Below are positions 10,545-24,696 of a DNA stretch of 64,000 nucleotides, piece after piece. The stretch is from assembly GCF_004010195.1 (NCBI RefSeq), contig NC_057754.1:1526823-1590822 (forward strand), read 5' to 3'. The first letter of the stretch is position 1. Each line of letters starts with the position of its first letter. Under the pieces are notes generated by a model. The model had not been told where the DNA came from. It did no database searches and saw nothing but the letters and a program-made list of their open reading frames with translations. Made by a program: the position numbers and the translations under genes. This DNA is from Chiloscyllium plagiosum. Its lineage: Eukaryota.

Positions 10545-10925
10545 ATCATAGAATCATCCAGAAGAGGCCCTTTGGCCCATTGAGTCGATACCGCCAAAAA
10601 TACATTACTACCTACACTGCTCCCACTTTACGGAACTATGCTCATAGCCTTGAATATTATGACATTTCAAGTGCTCTTTAAAGCTTATGAGGTTACCAGC
10701 CTCAACTGCCCTCCCAGGCAGTGCATTCTCACACCACTCTTCGGATATAAAAAGTTTCCCTCAGATCCTCTCTAAACCTCCTGTATTTCACTTTAACATT
10801 ATGTCCTATTGTTATGGACCCTTCAATTAAGGGGAAGGGATATTTTCTATTCACCCTGTCTCAGCCCCTCTTAATTTTATATGCCTCTATCAAGTCCCCT
10901 CTCAGTCTTCTGTGCTTCAAACAAA
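10545..10925 (-). mobile_element. Degraded CR1 3' end
   Basis: catagaatc...ggccctttggccca tail and a reverse-strand C-terminal ORF2 remnant. Confidence 0.65.
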
Positions 10926-12054
10926 ATAACTTTGTTCTTCCTGACAGAAGTATCGGCTGTCCTGTCTGCTACAGCAAATACCGAAACACATGAATAGTTT
11001 CATTTGGAAATGTCAGCACTTTGGATTTTGGGGAACAGTGCTCTTATATGGGTATGTTGTTATACTGGTGGACCAAGGCTCCAAGTGGAAAATTATTTTA
11101 GTCCCGGAACAGTTTCTTTCATGACTTGACACTTGTTTAATGTCAGAGTAGATATTTTCTGATCTACCTGTTCAGAAATGTTATTACACTCAAGACTTGA
11201 CTCTGGGCCTTCTAATCCAGAGGTAGGGACTCTACCATTGCACTCTCTTTTAATGTTAGAATAGAATTTGTTTCAATATCAGATTTAGGTGCAACATGTA
11301 AATTGTAAGTGGTAGGGGATGCCCTGATCAGAGGTTAATTGCATTAATCTCTGCACTGTAAACCTACTTGTAACATGTTCACTTGTAAGTTATCTGGCCA
11401 ATCTTTTAAAAAGATTTTCATAATGATTACAAATTTTTGACAATGCAATGACAGCATAACTAAATGTTGATCAGAGATTGCCAGTTTAGAAAATGCGATA
11501 ATATATTTTGATAAGTCTCCCTGCTGGCACAGCTAGTTAAAGCTATGAATATTTGAAACAAGCAGATAAGGACAGATCCAAGTGTAGTTGCTAGTTGATG
11601 CGATTAGCTTATTTTAGTTGGGACAGTGGTGAGTGCATAGCTGTTTCAGTGGCCATAGGTTTAGATTCCTAACACTGACCACATGCAGTGAAACTTCAGT
11701 GTCGTACAAAATTGTAGAATGAGATGGTAGAATCAGAGTGTATCATTTGGTTGGCCAATGCTGCTCCTTCTTTTCATGTTACCATAATTGACAGTGGGGC
11801 ATGTTTCAAAATATGTAAGTGCAGTTCTATGATACACCACCAGATGTCATCATCTTGTGTTGTGAACAAATGCATTTTTCATGAATCTAGCAGGGCCTCA
11901 GTGTGGCAACTGTAAATTACTGAATGGTTTGGCAAATTGGATCCTACCTTTGGGTGAAACTTGTTTTTTCAAAGTTAGTTTTAAGCTGGCAGTGGTTGTG
12001 GGTTCAAACTCAATACCAGAGACCAGAGCACACCTTACAGAAGTCACATCTGAC

Positions 12055-12925
12055 CTTTGGTCAAAGAGTCGGGAGTGTGTTGCTGGGAAAACACAGCAGG
12101 TCAGCATCTGAGGAGCAGAAGAATTGATGTTTTGGGCATAAGCCCTTCATCAGGCTTGTGGGCTGGGGGCTGAGAGATAAAAGGGAGGGGATATGGTTGA
12201 GGGAGGATGGTATCTAAGAAAGCGATAAGTGGATGAAGGTGAAGGAGAAGGTGATAGGTCAGAGGGGGGAGTGATGGACAGGTCAGGAGGGTGGTGCCGA
12301 GTTGGAGGTTGGGCCTAGGATAATGTGGGTGGAGGGGAAATGAGGAAGCTGTTGAAATCCCCATTTATCCCGTGTGGTTGCAGGATGCAAGGCAGAATAT
12401 GAGGCGTTCCTCCTCCAGGTGTTGGGTGGTAATGGTTTGGCGGTGGAGGAGGCCCAGGACCTGCATGTCCTTGATGGAGTGGGAGGTGGATTTGAAGTGT
12501 TTAGCCGCAGGGCAGTGGGGTTGCTGGGTGCAGGTGTCACAGAGATGTTCTCTGAAACAATCCACAAGAAGGCGTCCTGTCTCCCTGATGTAGAGGAGAC
12601 CACATCGGGTGCAACGGATGCAGTAAATGACATTGGTAGAGGTACAGGTAAATTTCTGACGGATGTGGAAAGATCCTTTAGGGCCTTGGACGGAGGTGAG
12701 GGGAATGGTGTGGGTTGGTAGGGGCGGGGTGCGTGGACCTGACGAGGGAGTCGCAGAGGGAAGGGTCTCTCTAGAACGCTAATAGGGGTAGGGAGGGAAA
12801 TATATCTTTGGTGGTCGGGTCTGTTTGGAAGTGGCGGAGGGTGATGCAATGTATGCAGAGATTGGTGGGGTGGAAGGTGAGGACCAGGGGGGTTTGTCCT
12901 TGTTGCATTGGGAGGGGTGGTCAAA
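12055..12925 (-). mobile_element. Penelope-like element: GIY-YIG endonuclease remnant and terminal repeat
   Basis: VIYCIRCTRCGLLYIRETGR..CFREHL...KHFKSTSHSIKDMQVLGLLH...EEERLIF. Decayed hammerhead CTGATGA...aAAAC at about 12126-12153. Confidence 0.88.
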
Positions 12926-13326
12926 GACCCCCGTCACTATCTGAGCAGGGATATTCTTGAGATGACCTAGCTAATGTTTTTTCCTTATTCAAAGTCACTA
13001 AAACAGATTAGTTCAGAAATTGGATCCAGTGCAGTGCAGATCTAATGAAGCTGGTGGATGACCAAAGAAAATTTGTCCCTGGCCTCACTTTCACTGCTAA
13101 CTACCTCTGAAGTCCTAGAAGGTAGTGCTGTCATCAGAAAGGGTTTGGAAAGGAGATTCATTTGAGAGTGGAGAGAACTTTGGGCCAGTAGTAATCTCTG
13201 AATTTGATAAGATAAGGAAAGCAATTGAAATGGAACTTTCCAGTGGCAGACTCAGGTCTGTTAAGATTCCCAGCTTTAACTACCAAATGCCTGCTGTACG
13301 CATGAAAAGTTAAATTTTGCAAAGGG

Positions 13327-13564
13327 TGTTATAGTGATTGTAATGAGACCAGCTGGGTGGACCTCATAGAATAGCCCCTCTTTGATTGGGCTGTTTACCT
13401 GGTCCAATCAGGGACCCTTTGCTGATCGATATAAGCAGGGGTGTCAGAGGTTCCGTTCACTCTGAGAGTTGGCTCTGAGTAAGACAGACCAGTGTCAAGT
13501 TCTTTGCATGTGTAAATAAAGGGTGACTTGGTGACAGAATACCAGCCTCTGTGAAGTTATTCCA
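13327..13564 (+). mobile_element. Short solo LTR (Gypsy-like)
   Basis: TG...CA ends, opposed CCAAT boxes (about 13385 and 13404), TATAA at about 13430 and AATAAA 13515-13520. No clear TSD. Confidence 0.6.
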
Positions 13565-13792
13565 GCGTATGTGAGGGCCCTCTCTTTGCAGAAGGATAAG
13601 GCCAAACTGTCTTTCAGGTTTGTGTCCTAGTGACCAACAGAGGAATAAGTATGGGCACAATATCTGATATGTTGATTTCTTATATGTCAGTAAGATGGAT
13701 GCAACATGATCCTATCAACTGGAAAAAAACATAGAAAAATAGGTGCAGGAGGAGGCCATTCAGCTTTCTGAGTCTGCTGCACCATTCAATAT

Positions 13793-14125
13793 GAGGCGGC
13801 ACAGTGGCTCAGTGGTTAGCACTGCTGCCTCATAACACCATGGACCTGAGTTTGATTCCTTCCTTGGGTGACTGTCTGTGTGGAGTTTGCATGTACTCCC
13901 TGTGTCTGTGTGGGTTTCCTTTGGGCGTTCCAGTTTCCTGCCACAGTCCAAAGATGTGCAGGTCAGGTGAATTGGCCATGCTAAATTGCCCATTGTGTTA
14001 GGTTCACTAGTCAGGGGTAAATGTAGGGAAATGAGTCTGGTGGGTACGGTTCAGAGGGTCGGTGCGGACTTGTTGGGCTAAAGGGCTCGTTTCCATACAA
14101 TAGGGAATCTAATCTAATCTAATCT
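13793..14125 (+). mobile_element. HE1-like tRNA SINE
   Basis: TGGCTCAGTGG A box, decayed B box and (AATCT)n tail. Homologous to 8051-8364. Confidence 0.88.
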
Positions 14126-14478
14126 GATATGACTATGGCTGATGTCACTATCTGGCATCATTGCTGTTTTTCTGAGCTTGCTGTATGAAAGTTGACTTTG
14201 TAATGTTTTGGGAAGCACTGAAGACATGAAAAGAACCTGACAAGAACAGGATTCTCTTACAACTCAGAAGATAGGCTCATTTTCACTGGCACCATCTGAT
14301 TATGTTGTTAGAAGTTTTCTAATTTTCTATTAAATTGTTTTATTGGAAACCGTGTCCCCAGTTACTGTTTGCACCTAGACTCTTTTACTCAAAAAGCAGT
14401 TGAATACTCCTGGTTAAATTTTGTAATACTGGCTCTGTAATGTAATTATTTAATTTTGTCTATATTTTGTTTTGGCAG

Positions 14479-14595
14479 AAGAAGCGTTTACACAACCATT
14501 TTCGCACTATGGGCAGGACGATGTTATGAATCAAAAGCTTTCAATCTTGCAGGAGGACATCACCAAGCTGGAAATTAATACAATTGTCAATGCAG
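14479..14595 (+). CDS. MACROD1: Macrodomain (ADP-ribose glycohydrolase) coding exon, 117 nt, phase 1-1
   Basis: ttttgttttggcAG| ... |GTTGGT. Translates EAFTQPFSHYGQDDVMNQKLSILQEDITKLEINTIVNA(A), matching MACROD1 LNEKISLLRSDITKLEVDAIVNAA. It is followed by a long intron hosting antisense FLRT1, as in other vertebrates. Confidence 0.85.
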
Positions 14596-15229
14596 GTTGG
14601 TACTTTGACAGCTTTGTGACCTGCAGACTTACAAGTGGAATGATACAATGACTGCACCATTGACTGGATTCAATCCTGCCATCACTCAATGGTGCAAATC
14701 TAAAGAATTAATCACTTAAAGGCAAAAAAGGAAGTAGGTAAAACAAAATTCACAATTTCTGCAAGATTCTGGGAACTTGCTGACATCCCAGACTTCACCC
14801 ACAGTCTCTGGCAGTCTAGACCTCAAAGTTGAGATAATTTTCACTTAAATTAACTTGTTGTTTGCATCACATTCTTAATTTTGTGGATAGGGACATTTTT
14901 AATACTGTTGTTTTGTTGTTAGATTACAATGTTTTATAAATCATCACATCAAGCCCTATCGGCACCATCAATTTAAGTCATATGTCACATTAGTGGGATT
15001 ATGGATTTCAACTTTATACATGCCCACCAAATATCTATGATATGAATCTATCTGGTGTGCAAAGAGGGAGGCTTCCCCAGCTGAAAATAACCAAGCAATC
15101 TCCAGAAGAATGTGAATACTGCTGATTCATGACAATCTATGCAAGCAAGCAACTTACCCTTGCAGCTGAAGAGGAATCATTAGAATCAAGGCAGATTTCA
15201 GAAAGCGATACTGTGCGTGAAACCTGAAC

Positions 15230-16270
15230 TGTTGAACGAACACTTTCTTGGCAGAGGTGACAGATGTGGTGGATATGGTGTACCTGGACTTTCAGAAAGC
15301 CTGTGATGCCACCCAGAAGACTATTGGAGAAGATTAAAGGATTGGAAAAATGTGGAGGATATCAATTTGGTTTAGAAATAAAGAGTAGAAGTTAACAATA
15401 GTTCCCAGAGTGGTTAGAAATGAGCAGCACTCTTCTACAGGCAGCCATATGATTACCTTTGTTGAATGTTGTATAGGGCTAGAGGGAATGCTGCACAAAT
15501 TAATGTAATAGTAAAACAGGGTGCATGGCAAATGATCCTGAGGACGAAATGGAGCTAAGAGTCAAATGGATAAAGAAATGACTGGCGGAATTTATTGTTA
15601 GTAACTGTGAGGTGATTATACTATGGGGAAATGTTGGGTAATGTGGAACAGTGGGGGGATTTGAGTTTTCATATTTACAAGACCTTAAAAAGTAGCAGTA
15701 CAAGGGGATAAGGCCAAGAAATGATGAAGGTATTCTGGGTTTAAGGTGAGATATATAGAATATACACATGGAAAAGAAAAATAAAATGTCATGGTGTATT
15801 TATGTCAAAACTTATTCAGATGAAGAATTTGCAGTTTAGATCTTGCAATTACTGTTTACATGCAGGAAAGAAGTTGAGACATCATATAAGAATGCTGCCT
15901 GGTATACCCCATAAGGAAATATGGGCAGGAAGATTTTGAAAAATTGGGGCTGATTCTGATTGAAGAATTTAAATTGTTGGGTGACTTTACTTAAGTTTTT
16001 TAAAATTATGAAGCAATGGTTCAAATGGGCTAGAAGTTGTTCCATAAGATGGAAGTCTACAAAGTAGAATGTAGGTATAAGACTCAATGTTAGTCCTTTT
16101 GATTAGGAGACAGGAACAGTCTTTCTATGGAGGGTGGTGTGAGGCTATGGACTGCAGTGTTAGAGTTAGTAACTGAGCCAGGAACTATGTCAACTGTTCA
16201 AAGTAGATTATAGAGAGAGGTGTTTGAAGTAAATCAGATTTGGAAGATCAGAGGGCACAGTGGATTAAAA
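15230..16270 (+). mobile_element. Highly degraded CR1-type LINE
   Basis: VDMVYLDFQKA motif at about 15270 and remnant downstream RT/C-terminal similarity. Confidence 0.55.
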
Positions 16271-16440
16271 CTACTGTTTTGGAGAATAAGAACCAACTGC
16301 ACAAAGTTGCAAAATCTCTGTGATTCTGTGTAACTGGAATTGTCTTCTAGGTACTTATCAGTGTTGCTTTTAAAAACTTGAAGGAACTTCATATTCATCT
16401 ACTGAGGGCACTTCATTTCAAATGGCAACGTCTGGTAGCT

Positions 16441-16858
16441 AGAGTTACAGAGTCATAGAGATGTACAGCACAGAAACAGACCCTTCAGTCCAATTCACCC
16501 TGCCGACCAGATATCCTAACCTAATCTAGTCCCATTCGCCAGCACTTAGTCTATATTCCCCCAGACCCTTCCTATTCATATACCCATCCAAATGCCTTTT
16601 AAATGTTGTAATTGTACCAGCCTCCACCACTTGCTCACAGCTCATTCCATACACACACTGCCCTCTATGTGAAAACATTGCCTCTTAGGTTCATGTTAAA
16701 ACTTTCCCCAGTCACCCTAAACCTATGCTGTCTAGTTCTGGATTCCCTCACTCCAGGGAAAAGACCTCGTCTATTTACCGTATACATGTCCCTCATGGTT
16801 TTATAAACCACTATAAGGTCACCCCTCAGCCTCCAAAACTCCAGGGAAAACAGCCAAC
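16441..16858 (-). mobile_element. CR1-type LINE 3' end
   Basis: LFSLEFWRLRGDLIVVYKTMR... Reverse complement of the 2484-2861 family. Confidence 0.9.
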
Positions 16859-17984
16859 CTAATTCTTTTTCACACACATAACTGCTACTCTTACCATCCT
16901 TAATGATTTCAAATAATCTAAACCTATCTAACTCGGGTGTATCCAATCCCGTCTTCATTTGTAAAAATTCAATCACATTTCCTCTCAGCTGGATTTTAAT
17001 TGTAAAGCAAACACTGTCTGGTACCACGGACAGCTCCAATCAAATTTAGCATAGTAATAACAATCCATTCACATTAGCTTGGAAGCTTGTTATTTGTATT
17101 GTCTGACTTGTACATTGAAATACCTGAAAGATAGTTTAACTTTTGGGATGGCAATGATGATAGGGGTTTGCAGCCATGCAGTTTTCTGGCAGGCAGGGAT
17201 TTTTCTGATGAGGTTTAAAATCCAACCTTTAGAATAAATATACATTTTCCATTCTCTCTAGGCGAGCATTTGTGATTATGCTTTTCAGTGAGTTCTGAAT
17301 AATGGCAAAGAATATATACTTGAAATAATTTTGAATGGCTGATAAATCTGAAATACATATATATGGCAAGGAAGCCTAACTGCTGCTGACCCCTTCCATG
17401 TTAGCTGTAATGTGTTGATTCCTACTCTTGTGATTTTGGTACCATGGGGGAGTGGGTAGGTGAGGAGGTATGATGTGGATATGGTGTGAGCAGAGGTTCT
17501 CACTGCTTTGCATAATGCTTCTTGCCCTATATAGTTTCTTTAGATGGTGAGCAATCTTGCTCTCTTATCACCTTGATGACATTATTAACTCAACTACATA
17601 TTATGCTAAAGCTTCTTAAAAAGTTCCAGATTGTTTTGTTTTCCTTTGATGGCATGTCGGTAATGTGGGTAAGGCTAATACTTGTTGCCCATTGCTCATT
17701 GTCCTTGAACTGAATGATTTTCTAGACCACTTCAGAGTGCAGTAAAGGTCAACCACATTGTTAAGTCTGGGGTCGCATGTAGATCGGACCAGGTAATAAC
17801 ATCAGTGAACCGGATGGATTTTTACAAGTCAATATAGTTGTTGTAGCTATCATCACTGCGACTAGCTTTTTGTTTCCAGGTTTACTAATTAAACTTAAAT
17901 TCCACCAGCTGCAGTGGCCTTGGCCTCGACATTGCTAGCCCCATGGTAGTACCACCACACCACCACCTCCCCTATCTGCTTCTG

Positions 17985-18392
17985 TTAGCATGCAACTTTG
18001 AATCACAGGACTTCAGGTTCATGTAACACTGCAGGCTCGGAGTTCAAAAATCAAACCCCAGAGCGTTACTGAGGGAGTGCTGTACCGTTGGAGAGGCCAT
18101 GTTTTGGATAGGACATTAGAACTGAGGCTCCTTCTGTCTGCTTGGGCCGATTTGATGATATTGTTTCAGGGAAGAGCAGGAAAGTTCTTCCCGGCAGACC
18201 TGAGGCCAATATTTATCTCTCACCAGTCTCACTAAAGTAGATGATTTGATCATTATCATATTGTCGTTAGCGAGAGTTTATGTGTGTGATTTGGCTGCTG
18301 CTACATTTCATCACAATACTGTAGAGGTAGTTAATTGGCTGTAGAGTGTTTTATGATATCTGGTGGCTGTGAAAAACCTAAGCCTTTCTTTT
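17985..18392 (+). mobile_element. Deu-domain SINE (SacSINE1-like), degraded
   Basis: tactgagggagtgctg...gaagagcagg..agttct...ggccaatatttat...attggctgta motifs. A second, internally deleted copy lies at 24697-24992. Confidence 0.65.
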
Positions 18393-20199
18393 TGCTTCTG
18401 CACAAATTCCTAATGGTTACCTCATACTTCCACACCTCATCCCATGTAATATTTACAAGATAAATGTATGACTTCTTAATCCTGGAACAGCAATTTAATA
18501 ACTAAGAGTCAGCAGATAATGTTAGGAAGCAAAATTTCAAATTAATTAATTTAAAAAGTTATTAATTTTAATGCAAAGTTACCATAAAATAATACTTTTC
18601 ATACTATTTAGAGCAACCTTTCAAATTATATTAAGAAAATATATATATTTAGTTTCAGTTTTCAAGAGCTGGATCATTTTTAATTCTGATTTTGTTTTTA
18701 GATTAATGAAAATTTCTATTTATATTCAGGAAGGTGTTTTTGAATTAGGTGAAGGGTTATAATCTTCCAATTATGAGCCAACTCTTGTTTGTTGTTACTC
18801 CAAGGTTTTTTGGAGAAATATCTCAAGATCCCAGTTATTAATTCACTGAGTGATTAACACTGAAAGATAAAGCAGATTAGGAAGATCGTGACCACTTAGA
18901 ATCATAGAATCACAGAATCACAAAAGCCCTACTGTGTGGAAAGAGCCATTCGGCTCTTTGAGCCACTACATGGCAATTTAGCATGGCCAATCCATGAATC
19001 TGCACATCTTTTGACTTGATTTTTTTAAAGTTTAGCTTCAATCCTCTGAAAAAGTACACTTTACTTAGAAGATGTTCAGAGTTAACCAAAAATCTAAGCT
19101 GTGAAACTTGTTGACTACAGTGAATTTCTTGAAATAATTTATGGCTTTTATTGCTTAAGTAATAATCCTAACATCTTGAACCTTATCCATCAGGTTTAAA
19201 GCTTTCCAGAATTTGTTAATAGAAAATTTTCAGTTCATGGAATATGCTGCCCTTCATAGTTAATAAGATACTTTTTTTTTCAGTTTGGTCACCGTTTTCT
19301 ATCCTTTTACCTGCTGGTGCATATTGTGTTTCTGGATTCTTTATGCAGACTCACCAATTACACACTGGGGTTTGGTAACATAAAAGTCGGTTCAGTTTAT
19401 CTGAAGACTACACATATTACAGTATAGTTCAATAGCAACTAGCAGCATTTATAACAAAAGCTGGAAATCAAACTGCAGCCACAATGTTTTCTGGTTACAT
19501 GCTGCTTTACGTCCTGGTTCTTTGATGACACATATACATCATTTGCATTTTCTTCTCAAGTGATATCAAAATACTGCATAGCTCCCTAGATAAAGGAAGA
19601 TTTACCCACTTTATCCCAAAAACTATCTTACAGAGACACATAAATCTCAGTGAAGTGTCACCCTCTGTACACTAAAACTCCTTGTTCATGTGGTGCAAAT
19701 TTCATTAGTTTCTTCATGGCAATTTCTGCAATTGTTTAGTACCCCTTTCTTTAGTGAATATCTCTTCCTGAGACTCTTAAACAAGCTGCTATCTCAGATC
19801 ACTTGTTATTTAGCATGTGTTGCTTAAACGTATCCTTCCAACAACCATATAGGATGTCTTTTGTTCTGACATCTGAAATCTTATGCTTCTGGGGTTTTCT
19901 TAAGCAATTTAGGATTGTTTCTCACTCCTGTTTGATTTTGAAGACTGCAGTTTACAGTAACTCTGCTGCTAAGACTTTTTCTGTCTGAATCATTTGTTTC
20001 TGTTTAAATGAACTTGCTAGTGGGCTCCTTTCTCTGGGTTGTCAAATTCTCAACTCAGTAGTCACCCTAGCACTTGACTCCCCAGGTGACTTGCTGTGCC
20101 TTGATCTAAAAATCACTTGATTTCTTGGAAATGCTGTCTTTACTTATTGTTCAAGATTACTTTCTTCCCATTTTTAAAACTAAAATCCATTTTTTCTTC

Positions 20200-21060
20200 A
20201 CCTTAGAACCAGTGGCCACAATCTTCCCGGTCCCTGATTGACATGAGTACTGATGAGAAAGATGGGAAAATGCAATGAGCAGCAGTAATGAGATTCTCAA
20301 AGTTGAGAGCAAAATTATCCATTCTCCAACCAGGTGTTGAACAGCAAGATGAGAATCCTGCTAGTGAGCAGCAAGAGGCATATTTGCGTCCATTATTATG
20401 CATTAACATCTCATTGTTACTAATCTCCTCTTATTATATGAGTATCCCATTTCCCACCTGCAATTGGTGACAATTCCTGACCTGAAAGCCAGAGTGGTTA
20501 CTGCTTGCTCTTCCAGTTTTTGATCTTGGACAGCAGTGTCCAAGATCCCAGGACACACGCCATGTACAGTGACTACATGCATCCCTGGTCCATGGACAGT
20601 CATACCGGATACATAACCACCTCACCACATCTTCATGGTGCATTTCTGATTGACATACTGGACAGTTCTACATTTCATTGCTGCAGTTTGTAGCTGGACC
20701 TTGCTTTGCAGTGATACTGCTAGGTCACTTTACATGCAGGAACAGGCACCTAACTCATGAATTGGACCAGGTTCATATCAAGGCTTGTTGCTTGCCCTCT
20801 TAGCACTTACTCACTCTGCACATACTTCAGTGCTTATTTGCCTTTTTGTACTTTACCTCTTTAGCCAGAACTTCAAGACTCTCAGTGGCTATGTCTTGCC
20901 TTGCCCTTTAACGGTCACAACACTAGCTGGTTGTCAGCAGTTATCAGTGAAGGCAGACATGTCGCTGTATGTCACTGTTCTACACCAATCTCACGTCAGC
21001 ACCAAATGCCAGCAATGTGAATGGCAAACATACTGCATGTGGATCAACCATTCTTCGAAG
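20200..21060 (+). repeat. Unclassified old interspersed repeat (second copy at about 46280-47110)
   Basis: caagatgagaatc(c/t)tgctagtgag(c/a)agcaagag and other blocks occur in the same order in both loci. Confidence 0.55.
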
Positions 21061-24000
21061 CCTAAGGGAAGCAATTCTCAGTCATAACAAGGAAGACGAC
21101 CTTCACTCAGGTGGTCCCAGCACAATAAGTCAAGGATAGAATATGCTAACAATCCAAAGGCCTACACACAGCCAGTCGGGGGCATCAGGGTCAGAAGATC
21201 AGTATTACTACAGTCTGGGCAGTGGATCATGGTCAACCCTGCAGATATAGTGCTGTTGTGTTGGAGAGTCATGGGTAAGTCTAATGGGGAGTTGCACAGT
21301 GATCAGTCAGGAGTCTGGTCAATCGTCAGTTAGGGCTGTTCGACCAATGGTTTGGAATGGGGAGAAGAGGGCGGGTCACGGTCAGCCATAGATCGGTTCA
21401 CTGAAGGTCAAGGGTGGATATTAGGGCCACTGCTGTGGTAGGAAAGTAGGGGAGATCATTTCTACGAATTAGAGATAATATATTGGGATAGAGGGACAAT
21501 AATCGTCAAGGAGTGAAACTCAACATATAAGTGGGAGAGACCATTGTGTATTGGAAGATGTTGGTTACTGCAGCAAGGTGGGGCCATCGATGGTAAGAGC
21601 CATCTGGTTTAGAAGTGCAATATCAGCTGTGCTGTCTGTATGCATTTGTTTTTAGACCCCAATATGTGCATGGTGACTTAATGGGATGCACAGCCCAGCT
21701 TTATAAAGGGCATCTCCGCCAGCAATCCTGGGAGATCTGGGGGCGGTGGTGATTACTTCTGCATGTGGCCAGAAAGATGATAGGACGTGGGGGGCATCAT
21801 AGGGGCATGGTGCATAGGTAATGAGGTGAGTTTTGGATGATAGCATGAGAAATCTGACTAGACCTCACAGAGAGAAACTCCCCATTATGATAGCCAAATT
21901 TGATACCTAGCTGATTTCTGGTGGAAGTTAGCCGTAAGTGTCCAAATAATATGCTGCATACTTTCATTATAAAAGCAACAAGTGCATAAACTGGATAAGG
22001 GACATAATGGGTGGGGTGTGAGTAAACATAGTAATAGACCCTAGAATGAGCTGCATATGGGACATAGCAAACATGCTGTAACAAGTGTGACATTGCAGTC
22101 AGAGGAGAGGAGAAATGTTGAATGCATGCTGTGTGACAGTCAGTCACTGGGAAGCTCTATGCACCTTTATTGGTGTGCCGATGTATTGCTTTCACTTCCA
22201 GAACTTGCTGCTGTACACATACCTCGGCGGTCATGTTACATTTACAGTGAAAGATGATGTTGAGCCATTTAAAGTTTGGAACAGTCATAAAACCATAAAT
22301 TCAGAAAAACCTGTCCTGGAACAGCGTAAGATGAAAACAGAAAGCATTTCAATCTGTCTGAAACTGTCTTCCATTTGAACATTGGTCTTTCTGTCTCACT
22401 TTTTGTGATTCAGGCTGTGGATTGACTTATTCATTTACAACACCTTTTGTCGAATATGATTGAAACTGATAAGTAGATTTTGAGTTCATGAATATTTCTG
22501 TGGCATTCTGCTCACCTGACCAGAAATAATATCATAATTGCAATTATGACTATGCAATTACTGTCACTGAAAAGAGAAATTGGGAACAGTAATGAATACA
22601 AATGACAGTATTTCATTAATTTTACTATCACCCGCAACATTCAGCACGATTTTTCTCAACCCAATACCATTTGTCAGATCTTTGGTCTCACTGGTCTGTG
22701 GCTGTACCAAGTAATTACTACTTGACGAATTAGGAGATTTTCTGAGTGGGATGGCTGTCAGTTTTATTAGCGTCCCTTTTTAATGATGAGGGTGGCTTTT
22801 ATTTTTTTCTGAGCTGTATGTACAAGGGGCTGATCCAGACTCTTGGCAATGCTTGAAGACTGGTCAAATAGAGGACCACAGAAGGAACATTTGGGATGAT
22901 CGTATCCTGAGTTTTACAGGAAACACCAACGAAATCACTGGGCACTTCAAAGAATCTGTAGTGCTCAAGACTCTGCACAAACCATAGTTGCCAAACCGTT
23001 CATTTGAAATAAAGCTTTAAAATGCTAATTTTAAAACTTACCTCACTGTAAAAAACAAATAATAACTGGATGAAGCTGTTTTCCATTTCCAACTTCTGTA
23101 GTTTTTCTCTAAGATTTTCAGTATTTATGGATTACTCCATAATCTTGTTCTGCTCAGCATTCTTTGCACATTTTCCATCTTGCCTTCTACTTTTCGCCAA
23201 AGAAATCACCAACAAAGGCCTCAGAAAATTGGAAACTTCTCCCAAAGTACATAGACGAAACAAAGAAAGGTATGCAGAGTTAAAGTAAGATCATTCTGTT
23301 CGCATGTTGGACTGAGCTTGAAGAGTGAAATGACCTTCTTTTGTGCCTCTCTCATTTTCAGGCTTTTTAGCCTTTGGCCCCCTTTATCCTTTGCAACCCT
23401 CTCAATATGTTGTTGCTTCCTTCATTGTAGCTCTAAATGTTACCATACTTTCATAATTTTCAAAAGAAATTGTTACATTAGTTTCTATGTGTCACGCACT
23501 CTCTCCACAAGCATTTAATCGTAACTATACACGTTTGACAATGACTTAATCTTTCTTATCTGGTTGCTCAATATTTTATTGCTTTCTCTTCTGTCTATTA
23601 CTATGTAAGGTGTCATTTTACTTCAGTTAAATAACCCACTTTGCTTCTGTCATAAATCTTTTACTCCTTTAAATTTGAGTGCATTAATTTTGGAAAGTTT
23701 CGATTATTAATATTACAAATAGTGGAAATACTACCAAATATCTGCTGGTGGCGCTATTGAGCTTGGCTAGCTCAATATTTTTTGCTCCAAATTCTAAACC
23801 ATCTTGTTCTCCAAACCATGATCTTATTTTCAGTGATTTTTAGAAACGCAAAATGTCAAGACAAAGAATGTATTGAAATCTGCTATAAATCACCAGCAGT
23901 ACACATGTAAAGTGAGGTGACTGCACAGTACTTGATATCCAAAGTCTCTCTCACTGTTGTGGTAAATCAAATGTTGGATTGAAGGAATGGATTCTTTCAT

Positions 24001-24169
24001 GAATATTTTATTTCTCTTAATATCATTTAAGAAATGTTTTATACAGTGGCCCACATCAGTTATTCTGTAAACAACGAACCAGGAATGCACAAAGAACAGA
24101 ATTGTCCTAGACCCTGTGCAGACTGCATGCACATGGGATGAGCAATATTCTGGTCGTACGGTAAACATA

Positions 24170-24320
24170 ACATGCACACACTTTCTCTCTCACATACCAC
24201 AGACACACACCACAACCACACATCCCCACGCAGACAAATACATACACACGCTTGGACATAAACATACATACAGTGACATACACAGAAGCAGACACATACT
24301 CACATATGTGTGTGCGCACA
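24170..24320. repeat. CA-rich degenerate microsatellite
   Basis: Runs of (CA)n and CATA. Confidence 0.8.
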
Positions 24321-24696
24321 TTTTGCTGAAGACATTCCTGATAGCAGTGGAGAAGGAAGAAATGTTTAATTCAGTATTTTCGGGTGTGGAGTGTAGTGAT
24401 AAAAGAATTTTGTTGGGATTTGATAGGGTGGATACTGAGAGGGTGTTTCTTTCTTGGCAAGACGAGAAGTATGGGTCATCTGCTTAAGAGATGTTTTCTG
24501 TCTGAGGGTTGAGTTTATGAAACACCCTTCCCTACAGGTGGTGGAGACAGAATGCATTTAAGGCAGAAGTAGATTGATCCTTGGCTAGCAAGAATCAGAA
24601 GTTATTGAGATGGGATGGGGGTAGGGTTTAGCTGGGGATGTAGAATTGAGGCAACAGTCAGATCAACCATGATTCTGTCATATGTTTGTATGAAGG

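Noticed and set aside
23036..23190. Minus-strand coiled-coil-like reading (ENLREKLQKLEMEN) next to a GAG|GTAAGT donor
   Set aside because: In-frame stop just upstream and no identifiable family.
23203..23269. Possible 67-nt plus-strand cassette exon (long pyrimidine tract, AAG|GTATGC)
   Set aside because: It is frameshifting and would split the NAAN motif. No homology and no independent support.
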